A stretch of DNA of 54,979 nucleotides from a bacterium (GTDB lineage: Bacteria > Patescibacteriota > Minisyncoccia > UBA6257 > UBA9933). The notes beneath the pieces were generated by a model. It saw nothing but the letters and a program-made list of their open reading frames with translations. It did not search any database and had not been told where the DNA came from. The position numbers and the translations under genes are program-made. The stretch lies in contig JAJYHZ010000003.1 in the NCBI GenBank assembly GCA_021796335.1, positions 1 to 54,979 on the forward strand. The letters run 5' to 3'. Below, in pieces: positions 19,133 to 28,502 of the stretch (its first letter is position 1; the number at the start of each line of letters is the position of its first letter).

Positions 19133-19690
19133 ATGAAAATTTTTCTTTATACAATACGTGAGATCCTTGAGATCGTAATAAGCGCCGTTTTAGTTGTTAT
19201 AATCGTTCACCAGTTTCTGGTTCAGCCGGTTTTGGTAAGCGGATCGAGCATGGAGCCGAATTTTGAAAGCGGCGATTATATTCTTGTAAACGAGATTTCT
19301 TACCGTTTTCGAGAACCGCAGAGGGGAGAAGTCATCGTATTTCGTTTTCCTGGAGACAATAAAACTTTGTTTATAAAAAGAGTAATCGGGTTGCCCGGTG
19401 AACACGTTGTTATAACCGACGGCAAGGTGGAAATTTTCAATCAGCAAGACCCCAAAGGCATGGTCTTGGATGAAACCTATCTTCCGGCGAATATAAAAAC
19501 AACGGGAAATGTTGACGTAACCTTAAAAAATGACGAATATTTCGTATTAGGAGATAATAGGCCTGCGAGTTTCGATTCAAGGCAATGGGGAACTGTTAAA
19601 AAAAGCGAAATTATCGGCGACGTGTGGATGCGATTATGGCCGTTAAATAAAGTATCGGCTTTTGAAACGCCTTCATATCAGAACCAATGA
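19133..19690 (+). CDS. lepB: Signal peptidase I
   Basis: SGSSMEP, FIKRVIGLPG, GDNR..S.DSR.WG. Confidence 0.96.
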   Translation: MKIFLYTIREILEIVISAVLVVIIVHQFLVQPVLVSGSSMEPNFESGDYILVNEISYRFREPQRGEVIVFRFPGDNKTLFIKRVIGLPGEHVVITDGKVEIFNQQDPKGMVLDETYLPANIKTTGNVDVTLKNDEYFVLGDNRPASFDSRQWGTVKKSEIIGDVWMRLWPLNKVSAFETPSYQNQ

Positions 19691-19700
19691 CTTGAAAGAA

Positions 19701-21014
19701 ATGCCAAAAACTACAGCAAAAAAACAAAAATCCGCAAAAGAGAAGAAATTATCTTACCAGTCTCCGAAAGGAATGCATGATATTCTGCCGGAGGATCAGC
19801 CTTTATGGGAAAAACTCAGGCAAACTGCAAAATCAACCGCGGATTTTTATAATTTTTCGCGGATAGACACTCCGATAGTGGAGGTGGCGGAACTTTTCGA
19901 GAGGAGCGCGGGAGTTTCTTCGGATATCGTGGAAAAACAAATGTATTTCGTAAAAACCAAAGGAGGCGATCGATTAGTCTTGCGTCCGGAAGCAACAGCT
20001 CCGGTTGTGCGCGCTTATTTCGAGCACGGATTATCGAGAATGGGCCAGCCGGTGAAACTTTATTATACGGGGCCGATTTTCAGATACGAACAGCCGCAAT
20101 CGGGAAGGTATCGGCAACATTATCAGGTAGGTTTTGAAATTTTGGGCGGAGAGAATGATCCGATTTACGATGCGCAGGCAATTTTGGCGCCGTACAAATT
20201 TCTGGAAGACGTGAAAATTAAGAATGTGATGGTGCATATCAACAGCATCGGATGCCCGAAGTGCAGGCCGAATTACCAGAAAAAATTGGAAGCCTATTAT
20301 AAAAAATATCAGAAAAAAATATGCAAAGATTGCCAGAGGAGGTTGGCGACAAATTCAATGAGGCTTTTGGACTGCAAAGAAGAAAAGTGCCAGCCGGTCA
20401 AAGCCGAGGCGCCGGTTATTTTGGATTACCTTTGCGAATCTTGTAAAAATCATTTTAAGAGAGTTCTGGAATTTTTGGATGAACTCAAGCTTCCTTACAT
20501 GATTGATCCTTACCTTGTCAGAGGGTTGGATTATTATAATAGAACAGTTTTTGAAATGTTCAGCGAAGGATTCAATTTCGCAATTGCAAGCGGCGGGCGA
20601 TATGACTATCTGGCGGAAATGCTGAGGCTCGGAAGATTGTCTGCGGTTGGCGGGAGCTTGGGTTTGGAAAGAATAGTCGAAGTTTTAAAGGAGTCCGGAA
20701 AATCGGCAGCCTTGCAAAAATATCAACCAAAAATTTTCTTCATCCACATCGGCGATGAAGCGAAGAAAAGAGGACTTGTCATGCTGGAAGAGTTTAAGAA
20801 ATCAGGCATAAAGGTTTCCGAATCGTTCGGCAAAGAATCTTTAAAATCTCAATTGCGTCTGGCGGATAAGGATAAAGCTCAGTTGGCTTTAATTCTAGGA
20901 CAAAAAGAAGTGTTTGAGGGAAGCATTATAATTCGTGATATGGTAAATGGCGCTCAGGAAACGGTCCCTTTGGAGAAAGTTGTAGAGGAGGTTAAAAGGA
21001 AGCTGCACAGTTAA
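19701..21014 (+). CDS. hisS: Histidine--tRNA ligase
   Basis: PKGMHD, LRPEAT, FRYEQPQSGRYRQ, VRGLDYY, GGRYD; ATG 19701. Confidence 0.97.
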   Translation: MPKTTAKKQKSAKEKKLSYQSPKGMHDILPEDQPLWEKLRQTAKSTADFYNFSRIDTPIVEVAELFERSAGVSSDIVEKQMYFVKTKGGDRLVLRPEATAPVVRAYFEHGLSRMGQPVKLYYTGPIFRYEQPQSGRYRQHYQVGFEILGGENDPIYDAQAILAPYKFLEDVKIKNVMVHINSIGCPKCRPNYQKKLEAYYKKYQKKICKDCQRRLATNSMRLLDCKEEKCQPVKAEAPVILDYLCESCKNHFKRVLEFLDELKLPYMIDPYLVRGLDYYNRTVFEMFSEGFNFAIASGGRYDYLAEMLRLGRLSAVGGSLGLERIVEVLKESGKSAALQKYQPKIFFIHIGDEAKKRGLVMLEEFKKSGIKVSESFGKESLKSQLRLADKDKAQLALILGQKEVFEGSIIIRDMVNGAQETVPLEKVVEEVKRKLHS

Positions 21015-21093
21015 ATTTCTAATTAATCTATTATTCTAAATTCTAATAAGCCGGATTTATATTCAGAAATTAGGATTTAGAAATTTTGTTTTA

Positions 21094-21507
21094 ATGCCGG
21101 ATTGTTTGTTTTGTAAAATTATAAACAAGGAAGTTTCCGGAAAAATTATTTATGAAGATGAAGATACAATTGCGGTGTTGGATGTTTTTCCGCGCGCGCC
21201 CGGTCATGCGATGGTGATTCCGAAAGTTCACGCCGAAAATATTTTGGAATTGCCGGATGATAAAGTCGGTCCGGTTTTCGAAACTGTTAAGAAAATGACC
21301 GCCAAAATAAAAAAAGCTTTGAATCCCGACGGCTTTACAATAGGCATCAACCATGGTAAGGTGAGTGGGCAAGCAATTAATCATTTGCATGTCCATATTC
21401 TCCCGAGATGGGAAAACGACGGAGGCGGTTCGGTCCATTCCGTGGTAAATAATCCGCCAAAGGAATCACTGGATGAAATTTTGAAAAAAATAAAACAAAT
21501 ATCGTAA
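21094..21507 (+). CDS. HIT family protein
   Basis: CLFCKI, HLHVH triad. Confidence 0.95.
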   Translation: MPDCLFCKIINKEVSGKIIYEDEDTIAVLDVFPRAPGHAMVIPKVHAENILELPDDKVGPVFETVKKMTAKIKKALNPDGFTIGINHGKVSGQAINHLHVHILPRWENDGGGSVHSVVNNPPKESLDEILKKIKQIS

Positions 21508-21568
21508 GCCAAAAGTCAAAATTAAAAATTTAAATAATAATTTTGAATTTTGTCTTTTTAAATTTTTT

Positions 21569-21778
21569 ATGGAAGTCAAAAGAAAAGAAGGAGAATCAGT
21601 CAGCGCATTTTTGTACCGTTTTACGAAAAAAATGCAGCAAAGCGGAGTTTTGCGTGAAGCCAAAAAACGAAGGGCTCATAACAGAACAGTAAGCCGCGTA
21701 AAGAGAAAGGCGGCGGCTTTATACAGAAATAAAAAGCAAGCGGAACTGGGTAAGGCAAAGAAACTTGGGAAAAAGTAA
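21569..21778 (+). CDS. rpsU: 30S ribosomal protein S21
   Basis: V.RKEGES...L.RF.K.....GVL.EAK; upstream of YqeY gene. Confidence 0.85.
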   Translation: MEVKRKEGESVSAFLYRFTKKMQQSGVLREAKKRRAHNRTVSRVKRKAAALYRNKKQAELGKAKKLGKK

Positions 21779-21872
21779 ATTATCTGACTACGGACCACAG
21801 GCTACGGACTATAGAAATTTAGATCTATTCTTCTATTTTTTCCGTAGATTGTAGGCAGTAGCATGTAAATTT

Positions 21873-22325
21873 TTGTTGGAGCGAATAAATAATAATCTTA
21901 AAGAAGCTTTGAAAGCCGGCAATTCCGAGAAAGCCGGCGTTTTGCGCATGTTGGTTGCCGCAGTAAAAAACAAGGAAATTGAAAAAAGAGGAAAAGGCGG
22001 AGAGCCGATTCTGACTAATGACGAGATTGTCGATGTGCTGTCTCGAGAAGCGAAAAAAAGGAGGGAATCAATCGAGGTTTACAAACAGGGCGGGCGCGAG
22101 GAACTGGCTCAAAAAGAATCAGCCGAGCTGGCGATAATACAGCAATATTTGCCAGAGCAATTATCGGAACAGGAAATTGAAAAAATTATTGATGAGGCAA
22201 TAGCAAAAACCGGAGCAAACTCAATAGGTGATCTGGGAAAAGTAATGGGCGAGGTGACAAAACAAATAAGAGGAAAAGCGGATGGCAAGTTGGTGAGCGA
22301 GATTGTGAAAAGGAAATTACAATAG
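21873..22325 (+). CDS. GatB/YqeY domain protein
   Basis: LKEALKA, KKRRESI..Y..GGR.ELA..E, YLP.QL, GKVMG, GKADG. Confidence 0.93.
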   Translation: MLERINNNLKEALKAGNSEKAGVLRMLVAAVKNKEIEKRGKGGEPILTNDEIVDVLSREAKKRRESIEVYKQGGREELAQKESAELAIIQQYLPEQLSEQEIEKIIDEAIAKTGANSIGDLGKVMGEVTKQIRGKADGKLVSEIVKRKLQ

Positions 22326-22413
22326 CAATGAGTTATTAGTAATTAGAAATTGATAATCGGCGTGCGAACGCCGTTTTTTGATTCCGTCCATAAATATAAC
22401 TGACGAGCCGAAC

Positions 22414-22466
22414 TTGCATTTGTTTGAAGATGTGTTATAAATAATTCAGAAACTTGAAGGAGGTGA
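22414..22466 (+). promoter_or_regulatory. Promoter and strong SD of small Cys protein gene
   Basis: TTGCAT-16nt-TATAAA with TG extension; AAGGAGGTGA at 22457-22466. Confidence 0.55.
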
Positions 22467-22471
22467 GAAAA

Positions 22472-22645
22472 ATGAATCGAGTTACTGCCTGCGGTTGCGG
22501 GCGGATAAAAGAAAACAGTTTTTGGCGCGATACTGAGCCTAAGCGGGATTATCCCGCTATAGGCCAGTTTGGCGTAAAGTTCGAGCAGTGTGATCGCTGC
22601 TCGGGCCGGAAGTCGGACTCGGCTGAGTCCGCTCCGAAGAAATAA
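22472..22645 (+). CDS. Small CxC...CxxC protein (57 aa), possible zinc finger
   Basis: MNRVTACGCG...QCDRC; flanked by promoter, SD and terminator. Confidence 0.65.
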   Translation: MNRVTACGCGRIKENSFWRDTEPKRDYPAIGQFGVKFEQCDRCSGRKSDSAESAPKK

Positions 22646-22665
22646 TTTTCATGTTTTTTGTTCAG

Positions 22666-22690
22666 GGGGGCCGTTTCGGCCCCTTTTTTA
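22666..22690 (+). terminator. Intrinsic terminator
   Basis: ggggccg-ttt-cggcccc-tttttt. Confidence 0.8.
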
Positions 22691-22751
22691 TGACAATTAT
22701 GACAATATTAAAATATGATTTTTATTAGAATTTTGGATATAATGCAATATT

Positions 22752-23342
22752 ATGAAAAATTCAAGCGTCGCCAAGATTTTAAAAGTCTTACGGTATAGTA
22801 GTAATATTTGGTATTTAGCAGAAGGAATGCTTGGGCCACTATTTGCTGTTTTTGCCCAGAAAATCGGCGGGAATGTTTTTGATGTTGCATGGGCATGGGC
22901 TTTGTTTCTTATAATCGATGGTTTATTGATTGTTGTTGTTGGGAAAATATCTGATAAATATATCAAGGGCAATATCTTAATGGTCGCAGGCTACGCATTA
23001 AACGCGCTTTTCACATTTGGCTATTTATTTGTTCACTCAACTGCTGAACTATTTTTTATCCAAATCGGCTTAGGTGTCGCCAGTGCTTTAGCTACTCCTA
23101 CTTGGGACGAATTTTATGCTGAATTAGAAGAAGGGCTAGGGGAGCGATATAATGCCTGGGGTTTGGTTGAAGGAGAAAAGGAATTATTGATGGGTGCAGG
23201 ATTACTTGTGGGAGGAGTTATTATTAGCAGATTGTCATTTTATGCGCTATTTATGATAATGGGAATTATTCAAATATTAGCAACAATTTTAGCTACATAT
23301 TGCGTAATTAAAAGCGAGGTTCCCTTAAAAACGCAGATATGA
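22752..23342 (+). CDS. MFS-like membrane protein (half size, about 6 TM)
   Basis: Multiple hydrophobic helices; G.ISDK motif-A-like. Confidence 0.75.
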   Translation: MKNSSVAKILKVLRYSSNIWYLAEGMLGPLFAVFAQKIGGNVFDVAWAWALFLIIDGLLIVVVGKISDKYIKGNILMVAGYALNALFTFGYLFVHSTAELFFIQIGLGVASALATPTWDEFYAELEEGLGERYNAWGLVEGEKELLMGAGLLVGGVIISRLSFYALFMIMGIIQILATILATYCVIKSEVPLKTQI

Positions 23343-23755
23343 GAGCCTATTTAGCGCATAAATTTTACTCTGATGGCAGAAATAGAAATCTGGTGGAGTC
23401 TATAGCTGATTCTTTGGAAAAAGAAGGGATTGAAACATTTGTAATGGCTAGAGATTTTGAAGATTGGGGTAAAAACGAGTTTTCTTCCAGCAAACTCATG
23501 GAATTATCTTTTCGGCAAATCGAAGATTGTGATTTTTTAATTGTGGAGTTTTCAGAAAAAGGAGTGGGATTAGGAATTGAGTCAGGCTATGCTTATGCTA
23601 AAGATAAACCGATTTTTATCATTGCTAAAAAAGATTCTGAAATTTCTCTTACACTCAGAGGAATCGCAAATAAAATTATCTTTTATAATAATCCCGAAGA
23701 AGTTGGAAATAAAATTAAATCAGAATTGATAGATATTGGAGTAGCTCAGAAGTAA
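23339..23755 (+). CDS. Nucleoside 2-deoxyribosyltransferase family protein
   Basis: AYLA, I..CD..I.E, G.G.GIE.GYA.A..KP. Confidence 0.8.
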   Translation: MRAYLAHKFYSDGRNRNLVESIADSLEKEGIETFVMARDFEDWGKNEFSSSKLMELSFRQIEDCDFLIVEFSEKGVGLGIESGYAYAKDKPIFIIAKKDSEISLTLRGIANKIIFYNNPEEVGNKIKSELIDIGVAQK

Positions 23756-23812
23756 TTTCTGAGCAGCGATAATTTATCCATAAAAAATAGCTTTTTCAAA
23801 AAAATCAAAACA

Positions 23813-24508
23813 ATGGAATTGTATAATTTCAAAGCAGAATCAAAAAAATATTTTCCAGAAATAGAAATTGAACAAGCTTATAAAAATTTTGTTCCCGACG
23901 AGTTTAAAAAAGATCCGATAGGTTATTTTAAATTAAAAGGTAAAAATATAAAATCCGGGGAAATTAAAAGGGATAAAACTGGAAGAGTTCGAGAAGATCC
24001 TACGGCAGTCAGAGAGTTGCCGATTTGGTTTGACGCAAACGGCAACGAACTTAAAACAATCGGAAAAAGAGTGGATATTAGAAAAGGAAAAATCAGAGAG
24101 TCGGCAAATCCGTTTTATGAATATCAAATAATGGAATTAATAAATGATATCGGTTTGCCAGCTTCAAAACCGATAGCTAAAGTAGAGCAAGCGGGTAATT
24201 ATTTGATCGTGATGGAAAAAGTTCAAGGAACCAGTTGGTATGAAAAGAATAATTTACTCCTGAAGGAAAACGGTTATACCGATGAAGAAATAAGAAATCT
24301 GGAGAAACAGGCAGAAGAAAAAATGGCTCAGCTGCGAGCTGAATTTGAAGAAGCGGGGGTTAAAAGGAGCTGGAAATTAAAAGATATGATTTTTGACATT
24401 GATATCGAAAATAAAACTATCCGCAAAATTATTCCTGTCGATTGGGAGAGAACTGAAATTGAAGCGGATAAATTAAATGCATATAGAAAAAATAAATTGG
24501 AACAATGA
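23813..24508 (+). CDS. Hypothetical protein with kinase-like (RIO/Kdo-type) features
   Basis: EY.IM...GLP..KP, LIVMEKV.G, PVDWE. Confidence 0.55.
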   Translation: MELYNFKAESKKYFPEIEIEQAYKNFVPDEFKKDPIGYFKLKGKNIKSGEIKRDKTGRVREDPTAVRELPIWFDANGNELKTIGKRVDIRKGKIRESANPFYEYQIMELINDIGLPASKPIAKVEQAGNYLIVMEKVQGTSWYEKNNLLLKENGYTDEEIRNLEKQAEEKMAQLRAEFEEAGVKRSWKLKDMIFDIDIENKTIRKIIPVDWERTEIEADKLNAYRKNKLEQ

Positions 24509-25515
24509 AAAATATTTCAATCGGAATAGTGGGTCTTCCGAATGTGGGGAAGTCGACACTTTTTAAAATTCTTACAAATCAAAATATTACAATCGCCAAT
24601 TATCCGTTTGCGACTATTGATCCGAACGTGGGGATTGTGGCAGTGCCGGATGAGCGTTTGGAAAAATTGACGAAGCTGAGTGCGTCTAAGAAAACAATTC
24701 CGGCAGCTGTGGAATTTTACGACATTGCCGGGTTGGTTAAAGGCGCTAATAGGGGCGAGGGATTAGGAAACCAATTTTTATCGCATATCAAAGAAGTGAA
24801 CGCGATTGTGGAGGTGATTCGCTGTTTTAAATCAGACGAGATTATACACGTGGAACAGGGAATTGATCCTGTGCGCGATATTGAAATCATAAACACGGAA
24901 TTGATTTTAAAGGATTTGGACACGGTGGAAAAAAGATTGGCAAAATTGGAAGGAGAGGCGCGAGCGGGAGATAAAAATAAAATTAAAGAAAAAGAAATTG
25001 TTGAGAAAATAAAAGAAGTTTTGAACGCGAATAAATTGGCAAACAGCTTGGGAGAAAAGATTTTAAACGGGCCGGTCGTGAAAGAAATGAATTTATTAAC
25101 AGCAAAAAAACAAATTTATTTACTAAATGGAGATGAGGCTGATGTTGGTGAAGAACTGAAAAATAAAATAAAAGGACTTGGCGCCGATTATCTGATAATG
25201 AATTTAGGGCAGGTAAACAATGTGGATGGACTCATTAAAAAAGCTTATGAAATTTTGGGTTTGATCAGTTTTCTGACAACCGGAGAAGATGAAACTCGGG
25301 CATGGACTATTAAAAAAGGCGAAAAGGCGCCAGAAGCGGCCGGTACGATTCATTCTGATTTTGAGAATAAATTTATTCGAGCTGAAGTTATTAATTGGGG
25401 AAAGTTATTAGAATCTGGTTCTTGGAATGGAGCAAAGCAAAAAGGATGGATAAGAGTTGAAGGAAAAGACTATGAGGTGCAAGATGGCGATGTGATGGTT
25501 ATTCGCCACAGCTAG
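24505..25515 (+). CDS. ychF: Ribosome-binding ATPase YchF
   Basis: GIVGLPNVGKST, NYPFATIDPN, DIAGLV.GA..GEGLGNQFL, TGS domain. Confidence 0.96.
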   Translation: MKNISIGIVGLPNVGKSTLFKILTNQNITIANYPFATIDPNVGIVAVPDERLEKLTKLSASKKTIPAAVEFYDIAGLVKGANRGEGLGNQFLSHIKEVNAIVEVIRCFKSDEIIHVEQGIDPVRDIEIINTELILKDLDTVEKRLAKLEGEARAGDKNKIKEKEIVEKIKEVLNANKLANSLGEKILNGPVVKEMNLLTAKKQIYLLNGDEADVGEELKNKIKGLGADYLIMNLGQVNNVDGLIKKAYEILGLISFLTTGEDETRAWTIKKGEKAPEAAGTIHSDFENKFIRAEVINWGKLLESGSWNGAKQKGWIRVEGKDYEVQDGDVMVIRHS

Positions 25516-25739
25516 GAAAAAGATGATGCTTGCCTGATAGTAGAATTTATAAGTTTCTTTACTAAGATGAGATTATGAGTGTAAGGTTGCGGATAATCAG
25601 CATATTTTAGAGTGCTTATACATGTAGCGTTCTGGGTAAATTAAAGCTTGGATTTAAATAATGCCATTGGCCATAAGGCCATGGAGATTTATAGCAGCCA
25701 GGCGTTTGTAAGCATAGAGTTAAAAACAGAAAAAGACTT

Positions 25740-25748
25740 TTATCCACA
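25740..25748 (+). promoter_or_regulatory. Consensus DnaA box upstream of speD
   Basis: TTATCCACA. Confidence 0.4.
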
Positions 25749-25789
25749 ATTTATTTTGATTATTTTAGTAAAAGTTTTATTATTGGAAA

Positions 25790-26179
25790 ATGGACGACCA
25801 ACAAATAATTCAAAAATACAAAGAAATTAATCCATGGGGAATGTCTGCCTCCATCGATTTGAAAAATTGCGATCCGGAAATAATTCGGAATGCAGATAAA
25901 ATTAAGCAATTTGTAAGAGATTTGTGCGACCGAATTGAAATGAAGCGGTTTGGGGAAACAATTGTGGTTGATTTTGGAGAAGATCCAAGGGTGTCAGGCT
26001 TTTCGATGACTCAATTAATCGAAACTTCTCTTATTTCCGGACATTTTGCAAACCAAACCAATGCGGTTTATCTGGATGTGTTTAGCTGCAAAGAATATCC
26101 TCCATATGAAACCGCGGAATTTGCAAAAGAATTTTTTAAGTCTGATTATTACGAAATTAATATTACATATAGAAAATAG
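25790..26179 (+). CDS. speD: S-adenosylmethionine decarboxylase proenzyme
   Basis: DL.NC, G.S..QLIETSLISGH, YLDVFSC. Confidence 0.85.
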   Translation: MDDQQIIQKYKEINPWGMSASIDLKNCDPEIIRNADKIKQFVRDLCDRIEMKRFGETIVVDFGEDPRVSGFSMTQLIETSLISGHFANQTNAVYLDVFSCKEYPPYETAEFAKEFFKSDYYEINITYRK

Positions 26180-26181
26180 GC

Positions 26182-27048
26182 ATGAATACGCTGAAACAAT
26201 ACATTCAAGCGGCGGGGGAAAACAAAGTGGCTATCGGCCATTTTAATATTTCGGATCTTGCCGGGTTAAGGGCAATTTTCGAAGCTGCTCGAGAATTAAA
26301 TTTGCCGGTAATGATTGGCACATCGGAAGGAGAAGCGGGGTTTGTCGGATATAAACAGGCGGCCGCTTTAGTGAGAAGCTTAAGGGAGCAATATGATTAT
26401 CCGATTTTCATAAATGCCGATCATACGAAATCTTTGGAAAAAATAAAAGAAGCGGTTGAGGCGGGATATGACGAGGTGCTTTTTGATGCGGGAAGATTAC
26501 TCCTTGAAGAGAATATCGTGAAAACAAAAGAAGTGGTGGAGTATGTTAAATCGGTAAATCCAAATATTTTAGTGGAAGCGGAATTGGGATATCTGGGATC
26601 GAGCTCAAATATTTTAACGGAAATTCCGGAGGGAGCGACAATTAAAAAAGAAGATTTAACAAAACCGGAAGAGGCAAAAAGATTTGTGCAAGAAACCGAG
26701 ATAGATTTATTGGCGCCGGCAGTTGGGAATATCCACGGGATGTTTAAGAATATGCCAAATCCGCGCATTGATACCGAAAGAATAAAAGAATTGCGGCAAG
26801 CGGCAGGAGTGCCGTTGGTTTTGCACGGCGGATCGGGAATTGTGGATAGCGACTTTGTGAGCGCAATTGAATCAGGAATTTCGATTATCCATATTAATAC
26901 AGAGATAAGATTCGCCTGGCGGAAGGGATTAAATGAAGCATTTGCAGAAAAACCGGAAGAAATTGTGCCTTATAAATTATTACCTTACGCAATCGATGAA
27001 ATGAAAAAAGTGATTTCAAGCCGCTTGAAGCTGTTCAATAAGAAATAA
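26182..27048 (+). CDS. fba: Class II fructose-bisphosphate aldolase family
   Basis: A.GHFN, ADH, VEAELG, AVGNIHG, PLVLHGGSG. Confidence 0.92.
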   Translation: MNTLKQYIQAAGENKVAIGHFNISDLAGLRAIFEAARELNLPVMIGTSEGEAGFVGYKQAAALVRSLREQYDYPIFINADHTKSLEKIKEAVEAGYDEVLFDAGRLLLEENIVKTKEVVEYVKSVNPNILVEAELGYLGSSSNILTEIPEGATIKKEDLTKPEEAKRFVQETEIDLLAPAVGNIHGMFKNMPNPRIDTERIKELRQAAGVPLVLHGGSGIVDSDFVSAIESGISIIHINTEIRFAWRKGLNEAFAEKPEEIVPYKLLPYAIDEMKKVISSRLKLFNKK

Positions 27049-27590
27049 ATGAGTTTTCTTCAAAGAACTGAGCAATTTGTTATAGAAGCTTTCACAAAAG
27101 TTGATAAGCCGACAGACATTTTTCATGCACAAAGGACTGCGTATTGGATTAGACAATTAGAGCCGAATGCAGATGAGGCCTTATTGGTGGCAGGATTAGC
27201 ACATGATATTGAGCGGTCTTTTAATGGTGATTAGAAGAAAGGATCTTCGAATCCTGAAATTCTAAGGAAACATCAAGATCTGAGCGCAGAGGAAATTGAA
27301 AAATTTTTAAAAGCTCAAAATGATCCTAATAATTTCATTGAGAAAGTAAAAAAGTTGGTTTCTTTTCATGAACAGGGAGGAGATAGAGAGCAGAATATTT
27401 TATGTGATGCGGATACGTTGGCTTTTTTTGAAGAAAAGGCTTTGCGAAGAGTAAAAAAATGGAAAGAAGAGGGTAAGCCCAAAGAGGAAATTAGAAAGAA
27501 TATAAATTTTATTTTTCTAGATTTATTTCTGAAAAAGCTAAGCAAATTACTGAGAAATGGCGGGATGAAGCATTAAAAGAAATAGAATAA
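27049..27590 (+). pseudogene. HD-domain (DUF4202-like) protein pseudogene
   Basis: H..RT, HDIER, HE.GG, DAD.L.FF in one frame across TAG at 27232; probable frameshift near 27505 (alternative frame YFSRFISEKAKQI...EIE*). Confidence 0.75.
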
Positions 27591-27597
27591 ACAGGGG

Positions 27598-27625
27598 TTG
27601 AAATCTCAGGATTACCTGTTATAAT
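27598..27625 (+). promoter_or_regulatory. Putative promoter of rplY
   Basis: TTGAAA-16nt-TATAAT with TG extension. Confidence 0.55.
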
Positions 27626-27694
27626 GCTTTTTAAATAAATAGTTTGAATAAAAGTTAGTTTTTAGACTAATTTTTTATTGCTTAATGAAAATTC

Positions 27695-28339
27695 ATGGAA
27701 CTTACAGCGCAAAAAAGAGAAATATTCGGTAAAAAAGTTAAGGCTTTACGAACACAAGGTTTGATCCCGGCAGAACTTTACGGGAATAAAAAGGAAAACT
27801 ATCATTTGAGCGTTCCGGAAAAAGAGTTTGCCGCTGTTTTTAAACAAGCGGGCGAGAGCACTATCGTTACTGTTAATTTTGAAAAGGAAAAAATTCCATC
27901 TTTGATCCACGATGTTGAATTAGATCCGATTTCTCAGAAAATTTCGCATATTGATTTTTATGCGGTTAAAATGGATGAAAAAATCAAAGTGGAAATTCCT
28001 CTGGAATTTATCGGCGAATCATCGGCAGTAAAACAAGGCGGAGTTTTGGTTAAGTCAATGAAAGAAATCGAAGTGGAAGCTTTGCCGACTGATTTACCGC
28101 ATTCATTCGGAATTGATTTAAGCAAGTTGGAAAATATTCATGACAGTATACGCGTCAGCGACTTAAAGATAGACTCAAAAGTTAAGATTTTAGTTGAATC
28201 GGAAACTGTTATTGCTACAGTTATCGAGCCTGCCAAGGAAGAAGAGGTTGCTCCGGCAGTTAGCGTTGAAGATGTTAAAGTGGAAGGAGAAGAGAAGAAG
28301 AAAGAAAGAGAAGCTGTAAAAGAAGAAGAAGCAAAATAA
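27695..28339 (+). CDS. rplY: 50S ribosomal protein L25/CTC
   Basis: LR..GLIPAELYG, HIDFYAV, VEALP.DLP. Confidence 0.95.
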   Translation: MELTAQKREIFGKKVKALRTQGLIPAELYGNKKENYHLSVPEKEFAAVFKQAGESTIVTVNFEKEKIPSLIHDVELDPISQKISHIDFYAVKMDEKIKVEIPLEFIGESSAVKQGGVLVKSMKEIEVEALPTDLPHSFGIDLSKLENIHDSIRVSDLKIDSKVKILVESETVIATVIEPAKEEEVAPAVSVEDVKVEGEEKKKEREAVKEEEAK

Positions 28340-28502
28340 GGAACATTTCAAGTTCAATGCAGCTAAACGAATGACAAAATGTAAAATTTTTTTGCATTTT
28401 GGCTGAGCAATGCTGCAGCGGAGGTTTTTGAAGTGAAACTCAAAGCCTTTATAAACGTTATAGTCGTAAAGAGTGAATTTATCTCCATATCAGTTTTGTC
28501 TC

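Noticed and set aside
27232-27234. Amber readthrough or pyrrolysine in the HD-domain gene
   Set aside because: A second lesion (probable frameshift) is present, and TAG ends infA, rpoA and ftsK normally
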